Position numbers and translations under genes: made by a program. The notes below the pieces were generated by a model. It saw only the letters and a list, made by a program, of their open reading frames with translations. It was not told where the DNA came from and searched no databases. Shown here piece after piece: positions 59,340-64,000 of a DNA stretch of 64,000 nucleotides; positions within the stretch are counted from its first letter, which is position 1, and each line of letters opens with the position of its first letter. Origin of the DNA: Selaginella moellendorffii (lineage: Eukaryota; Plantae; Lycopodiophyta); contig NW_003314382.1 in assembly GCF_000143415.4 (NCBI RefSeq), positions 1 through 64,000 on the forward strand. Direction: 5' to 3'.

Positions 59340-61529
59340 ATGCTGAAACAGTCGAGTATATTCTGTGCTCGAAGCCCTGGGATTGGGGAATTGGCTTGCC
59401 ACCTCTATGAGTGCATCAGGTCCAGGGATCTGCTCCAGGGGCGGCGTCTCCATGCCCAGATCTTGCGAGAGAACCTCGGTGGCAGCAAATACCTCGCCAA
59501 GATCATCCTCCAGCTTTATGCCAAATGCGGGGATCTGGAAGCGGCGTCGGCGGTCTTTGCTTCTATGGCTGACAGGGACTTCGTTTCATGCAGTATTTTG
59601 CTCCTCGGGTTTGCACAGATTGGATCCACTGCAGAGGCAAAGGCCGTTTTCGATTCGATGCCCACGCTCAATGTCGTGGTCTGCAACACCATGGTTGGAG
59701 CGTATACGCAAGCAGGGCATATCGAAGAAGCGCATATCATCTTCCAGAGGATGCCTATGGTAGATGTTGTGACGTTCAACTCGATTCTGGCAGGAGTCGT
59801 CAAGGGCGGAACGCTTGATGAGGCATTGACATTCTTTTCTCGGAGCCCAGAACACGACGTAGTTTCTTGGAACTCTATCTTACATGCATATGCCCAATCA
59901 GGGCATCTGGAGGAAGCAACGGCAATTTTCTGTTTGATGCCGGAATGGAGCTGCGTCTCCTGGAACGCGCTCTTGGCAGCAGTGTGCGACTTTGGTAGCA
60001 TAGATCACGCAAGGGAAGTGTTCTCTCAGATGCCGCAGCGCAACTCTGTTGCATGGAACACCATGATTGCTGCAGTGGGGCAGAAAGGAGAGGATTTGGG
60101 CCAAGCAAAGCATCTTTTTGACACGATGCCGGGTGATCGATCACTGGTGACTTGGGCAGGATTGATCGGGGCATTCTGCTCGAACTCTGGCCCGGATGAT
60201 GCAAAGACCGCGCTTCAGCTGGCACCTTGTTGGAGCTCCAGCGTAGTAAGTTTAATAGCAGTAGCGTGCGTGCAGGATGGACGCCTTCACGAAGCAAGAA
60301 GATGGTTTGAGATACTGCCGGAGAGAGACACATTAGCTTGGGTATCCATGGCCGCAGGATATGCCCGTAATGGGTACCTTGCTGAGCTTGAATCTACAGT
60401 CAGCAAAATGCCACAGTGGCATCCGTCAACTTGGCACTCTCTCTTGCAAGGCTACGTTAACTGTGGCAATTCAGAGGAGGCAGAAGTAGTGTTCTTGAAA
60501 ATGAAGAGAAGGAGTGTTGCCGCCTGGACGTCTATGGTATCATCGTATGCCCAAAAAGGGCATATAGATCCTGGGAAGCTGCTTTTTGACAAAGCGCCAA
60601 TGCACGACAGGGTAATGTGGAATACGATGTTGAATGGTTTTCTCCAGTACAATGACTTGGAAGCGTTCAAAGAGGTGTTTTACGGGCAGGCCTTGACCAG
60701 AGACATCACGTCGTGGACTGCACTGTTGCAAGCGTATTCCCAGGCCGGTCAAGTCCAGGAATCCCAAACCGCGTTTGAAAGGATGCCACAGCAAGATGCC
60801 TTCTCAGCGGCCACAATGCTGGCGGGATATGCTCAAAACAAGCACATTGACGAGGCCAAGGCACTTTTTGACCGGCTACCTCACCGGAGTGACGTCTGCT
60901 GGACAGTCATGATAGCTGCGTTAGCATTGACCAAGAAGAAAATTAATGAGGCCCTGTTGGTCTTCCAGAAGATGCCCATGAGAGATTCTATGCCGTGGAA
61001 CGCCATGGTGACTGCATATGCCCAAACCGGGCATTTTCTGCGTGCAAAGGAAACTTTTGACGGCATTCCTCATAAGTGTCTGGTCTCTTGGGCGGCGATG
61101 CTGGGTGGATATGCCCAAAGCGGTCGTGCTGAAGAGGGCATCACCTTGTGGCGTCGACTGGGGCAAGAAGGAATTGCGCCCAACGAAATCGCCTTCACAA
61201 GCGCATTGGCGCTGTGTGGCGGCGCGGGGATGATTGAGGAGGCGGCACGGGTATTCCAATCCATGGCGGCGGATCATGGCGTGAGACCATCGAGGGAGCA
61301 CTACAGCGCGATGGTAGACGCTCTTGCGAGGGCTGGGCATTTGGAGGAGGCCGAGGAGCTCCTGGCTTCAATGCCATTTCCAGTGAATCCAGTGACCACT
61401 ACTTCGATTCTAAGCGCTTGTAACTGGCACAGGGATTGGACAAGGGGGGAGCGAGCGGCTCGTGGGCTGCTAGAGATCGACTCTAGCCACAGCGGCCATT
61501 ACATTTCCCTGGCGAGACTAGTACTTTGA
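59340..61529 (+). CDS. PLS/SS-class PPR protein with E domain (729 aa)
   Basis: Tandem ~31-aa PPR repeats; HYSAMVDALARAGHLEEAEELL..ILSAC E-region. Confidence 0.9.
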   Translation: MLKQSSIFCARSPGIGELACHLYECIRSRDLLQGRRLHAQILRENLGGSKYLAKIILQLYAKCGDLEAASAVFASMADRDFVSCSILLLGFAQIGSTAEAKAVFDSMPTLNVVVCNTMVGAYTQAGHIEEAHIIFQRMPMVDVVTFNSILAGVVKGGTLDEALTFFSRSPEHDVVSWNSILHAYAQSGHLEEATAIFCLMPEWSCVSWNALLAAVCDFGSIDHAREVFSQMPQRNSVAWNTMIAAVGQKGEDLGQAKHLFDTMPGDRSLVTWAGLIGAFCSNSGPDDAKTALQLAPCWSSSVVSLIAVACVQDGRLHEARRWFEILPERDTLAWVSMAAGYARNGYLAELESTVSKMPQWHPSTWHSLLQGYVNCGNSEEAEVVFLKMKRRSVAAWTSMVSSYAQKGHIDPGKLLFDKAPMHDRVMWNTMLNGFLQYNDLEAFKEVFYGQALTRDITSWTALLQAYSQAGQVQESQTAFERMPQQDAFSAATMLAGYAQNKHIDEAKALFDRLPHRSDVCWTVMIAALALTKKKINEALLVFQKMPMRDSMPWNAMVTAYAQTGHFLRAKETFDGIPHKCLVSWAAMLGGYAQSGRAEEGITLWRRLGQEGIAPNEIAFTSALALCGGAGMIEEAARVFQSMAADHGVRPSREHYSAMVDALARAGHLEEAEELLASMPFPVNPVTTTSILSACNWHRDWTRGERAARGLLEIDSSHSGHYISLARLVL

Positions 61530-61709
61530 CCGGTCTAGACCAATTAGTCAACGAATAGTGGAAGATCCGTATCTCCAGCGGTTGAATATTCGTTTCATGG
61601 AGTCGGATCTTTGGATATGCTGCTGCGAGCTCCACTTTGGTACGTTTGCATTTTTTTTTTTCTCGGTATCATAGAGGAGTGATCGTTTTCACTCCTCTCT
61701 TCTCTGAGA

Positions 61710-62670
61710 ATGGTGTTTGAAGGGCTCCGTGGTGTTCGCCTCGAGCACTCTGTTGCTTCAAGCGAGGACGAGGAATGGTATGTGAATGGATCGAAACATC
61801 TAAACCTTTCCCTGGTTTATGGAAATGGGTGTAACAACAGGACGATGGAGCGCCTGAAATCGCGAGCACAGCCTGTGAGGCGCCTGTGGCTTTGCTGGTT
61901 ACGTCCTCTTTCGAAACATAAGCACGGTCAGTTTTGAGAAATACTCTTCGTGATCGAGAACTTGGATTTCTCCACTAACGCAGATGATCACTGCTTTCTC
62001 GAGACGATTGCTAACGTCGTGACTTCGTTGCCCTTCATCTTTGTTGGATTGCAAGCGCCAAGGTTAGCTATGAATTCCATCCATTGTATTGAGAGCATGC
62101 CACTTTGCTCGCAGAAAGAAGACTGTGAGCAAGTTCTATGCCGATTCCTTGATCGGTGTTGGAGCTGCCTCGAGCTTGTACCACGCATCGAGAGGAAAAG
62201 CTCGACAACTTCTAAGGCGCGGAGACTACACCATGATCGCAACCTCAGCTCTGGTAAACTTTCGACTTTCCTCAATCTTTGCTCATGGGAAGGTTTTTTT
62301 GGATCTTTCAGTGTCTATCAAGAGCTCTTCTACAATCCGAGAACTGGAAAGGATTTTTCGCCTGCTCTGCAGCTCTCGTCCCGTTTCAACCATTCCTCGT
62401 GACCATTCTTCACACTGGACTTACCGAGGTGCGAAGTTTTCTAGCTCGACATCGATCGATTCTGATTTTTTCGACTAGGCCACTTTCGCAAGGCGCGTGC
62501 AAACACAGCCTCTTCTCAAGCCAGCTCACAATCTCCACACCATTTCCTCGCTCGCCGGAGCCACATTGTTCCTCGCAGATGGTCTCTATCCACAGACTCC
62601 ATATCTCCACGCCGCGTGGCATCTGGTCGCCGCCGTGAGCGTTCTAACTTACAACAAGCTACTAGAATGA
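61710..62670 (+). CDS. Conserved multi-pass membrane protein, CREST/ceramidase-like motifs (multi-exon)
   Basis: Spliced ETIANVVTSLPF, ASSLYHAS, GDYTMIA, PYLHAAWHL; GT-AG introns. Confidence 0.75.
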
Positions 62671-62906
62671 AAATGAAATCCTGTAAAACCCGCATTCTTT
62701 CGTTTTGAAGAAAATTTGAAGCATATTCCCTCCCATTCCCGCTCAGAAAGAAGAGCCATAAGCGGCTGACCATTAGAAATAGAGCCTCGAGAGATAAAAT
62801 GGAGATAGTAGGAACATACTGCAAGTAATATGCTTGATCAAACTTGTTTGGAAACTCCGGTTCCCGATATGAGATTCCAAAGTAGTTTCAGTGTTATATT
62901 TTGAGG

Positions 62907-63683
62907 ATGGTGAGTGAAGAACATTTGGAAGAGCAGTGGCTGCAGCAGCAAGATTACAAAGATGAAGAAAAACAAGAGGGCGATCAGCCATCAAATCTAC
63001 TACCAGTGCCAGCAGTGGAGTTCCAGACCAAAGATTTGCTCAAATGGATGGAAATGGTGCCAGCCTTCTCGCTTCCAAGCAGCAAATACTTGACGAGCGA
63101 AGCAGAGCTGGATTGCTCGAGGTGGCTGAGCCTGGGAGTCGGAGAAGAAGCCCCGCCACCACCGCCTCCAAAAGCAACCCGCAAAAGGTCTCGCTCGCCA
63201 GCGGATCCCCACGACTTTGATAATCTTCCAAAGCGGGGGTGTCTCGGCTCCTCCAGCATCGATCAGCGGCCGGATCCAAGGAGCACCAGGGAGCACCTCT
63301 TCACCAAAGTTCTCACAAGGAGCGACACCAGCAAGCTCAACCGGCTGCTCGTCTCCAAGAAGGACGCCGAGCGCTGCTTCCCGCTTGTCATGGCCGGGAA
63401 TGGAGAGCCCTCCGCCTCCCCTTCCGCGGCAAGGACGAGAGGAAGTAGCAGCGGAGAGGATGGCAACCGGTTTGTAATACTTGCGTTCGAGGACGAGAGT
63501 GGAAGAACTTGGAAGTTTAAGTACACGCACTGGTGTAGCAGCCAAGGCAATGTCTTCACCACCGGATGGATCAGCTACGTCAATCATAATGGGCTGCGTC
63601 ACGGGGACGAGGTCTCGTTCTTCCGCGATTCGTACACTAACAAATACTACCTGACATTCCGGAAAAAGAACCAAAAGGCATAG
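62907..63683 (+). CDS. B3-domain transcription factor, RAV/NGA-type B3
   Basis: REHLFTKVLTRSDTSKLNRLLVSKKDAERCFP..FEDESGRTWKFKY..W.SSQ..V.T.GW..L..GDEVSF.R; N-terminal WLSLG EAR-like motif. Confidence 0.9.
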   Translation: MVSEEHLEEQWLQQQDYKDEEKQEGDQPSNLLPVPAVEFQTKDLLKWMEMVPAFSLPSSKYLTSEAELDCSRWLSLGVGEEAPPPPPPKATRKRSRSPADPHDFDNLPKRGCLGSSSIDQRPDPRSTREHLFTKVLTRSDTSKLNRLLVSKKDAERCFPLVMAGNGEPSASPSAARTRGSSSGEDGNRFVILAFEDESGRTWKFKYTHWCSSQGNVFTTGWISYVNHNGLRHGDEVSFFRDSYTNKYYLTFRKKNQKA

Positions 63684-63729
63684 CTCCAGTTAGAAAACTT
63701 TGTATCAAGCGAACAATTTACACAAAACG

Positions 63730-64000
63730 TTACCTTGCCTTTGGTACCGTCGCGGCATTTGCTAGTAGCACGTATGTCTCAGCTCCACCACCTTTTCCGG
63801 TTTCAAGAATGCTTCTAGCAGCTGCGAGCATGCGTGGAGAGGTGCTCCTGGATGCCGTGAGAAAGCATCTCCATTCCAAAGTCCCATGCGAAAAAGGCAT
63901 GTTGGCGACGAGATCTTGGGCCTTTTCGATATGCCCGGCTCGGCTCAGGAGGTCGACCATGCAGAGGTAGTGTTGCTTCGTCGGTTGGATCCCAAAGTCG
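63730..64000 (-). CDS. PPR protein 3' end (E domain), truncated by window edge
   Basis: QHYLCMVDLLSRAGHIEKAQDLVANMPF..WRCFLTAS..YVLLAN. Confidence 0.85.
   Translation of the reverse strand, partial: DFGIQPTKQHYLCMVDLLSRAGHIEKAQDLVANMPFSHGTLEWRCFLTASRSTSPRMLAAARSILETGKGGGAETYVLLANAATVPKAR

Overview
Eukaryotic land-plant nuclear DNA. The very short introns (about 50-80 nt), tight gene packing and many PPR genes built from 31-aa repeats suggest the lycophyte Selaginella (inference). Gene-dense blocks contain a MiAMP1-like peptide, a CLV1/BAM-type LRR receptor kinase, ALG14, a bHLH-ACT factor, CPSF100, an orphan His/Cys-rich protein, tRNA-Thr(CGT), FKBP20-2, an F-box/kelch protein, three complete and one truncated PPR gene, TRM7/FTSJ1, MAEA, ECR/CER10, DUF506, a CREST-like membrane protein and a RAV-type B3 factor. 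AT-rich debris blocks (about 21-25 kb and 31.9-50 kb) hold Copia and Gypsy remnants, a ~530-bp tandem array, broken subtilase genes, 18S rDNA fragments and a 5S-bearing Cassandra-like TRIM array. Most notable: the long last intron of TRM7 carries two tandem box C/D snoRNAs, and the D-box guide of the second is a perfect 13-nt complement of an upstream intron of the same host gene, next to its likely branch point. This is a candidate snoRNA feedback loop on an RNA 2'-O-methyltransferase. All family assignments come from motif recognition without database searches.
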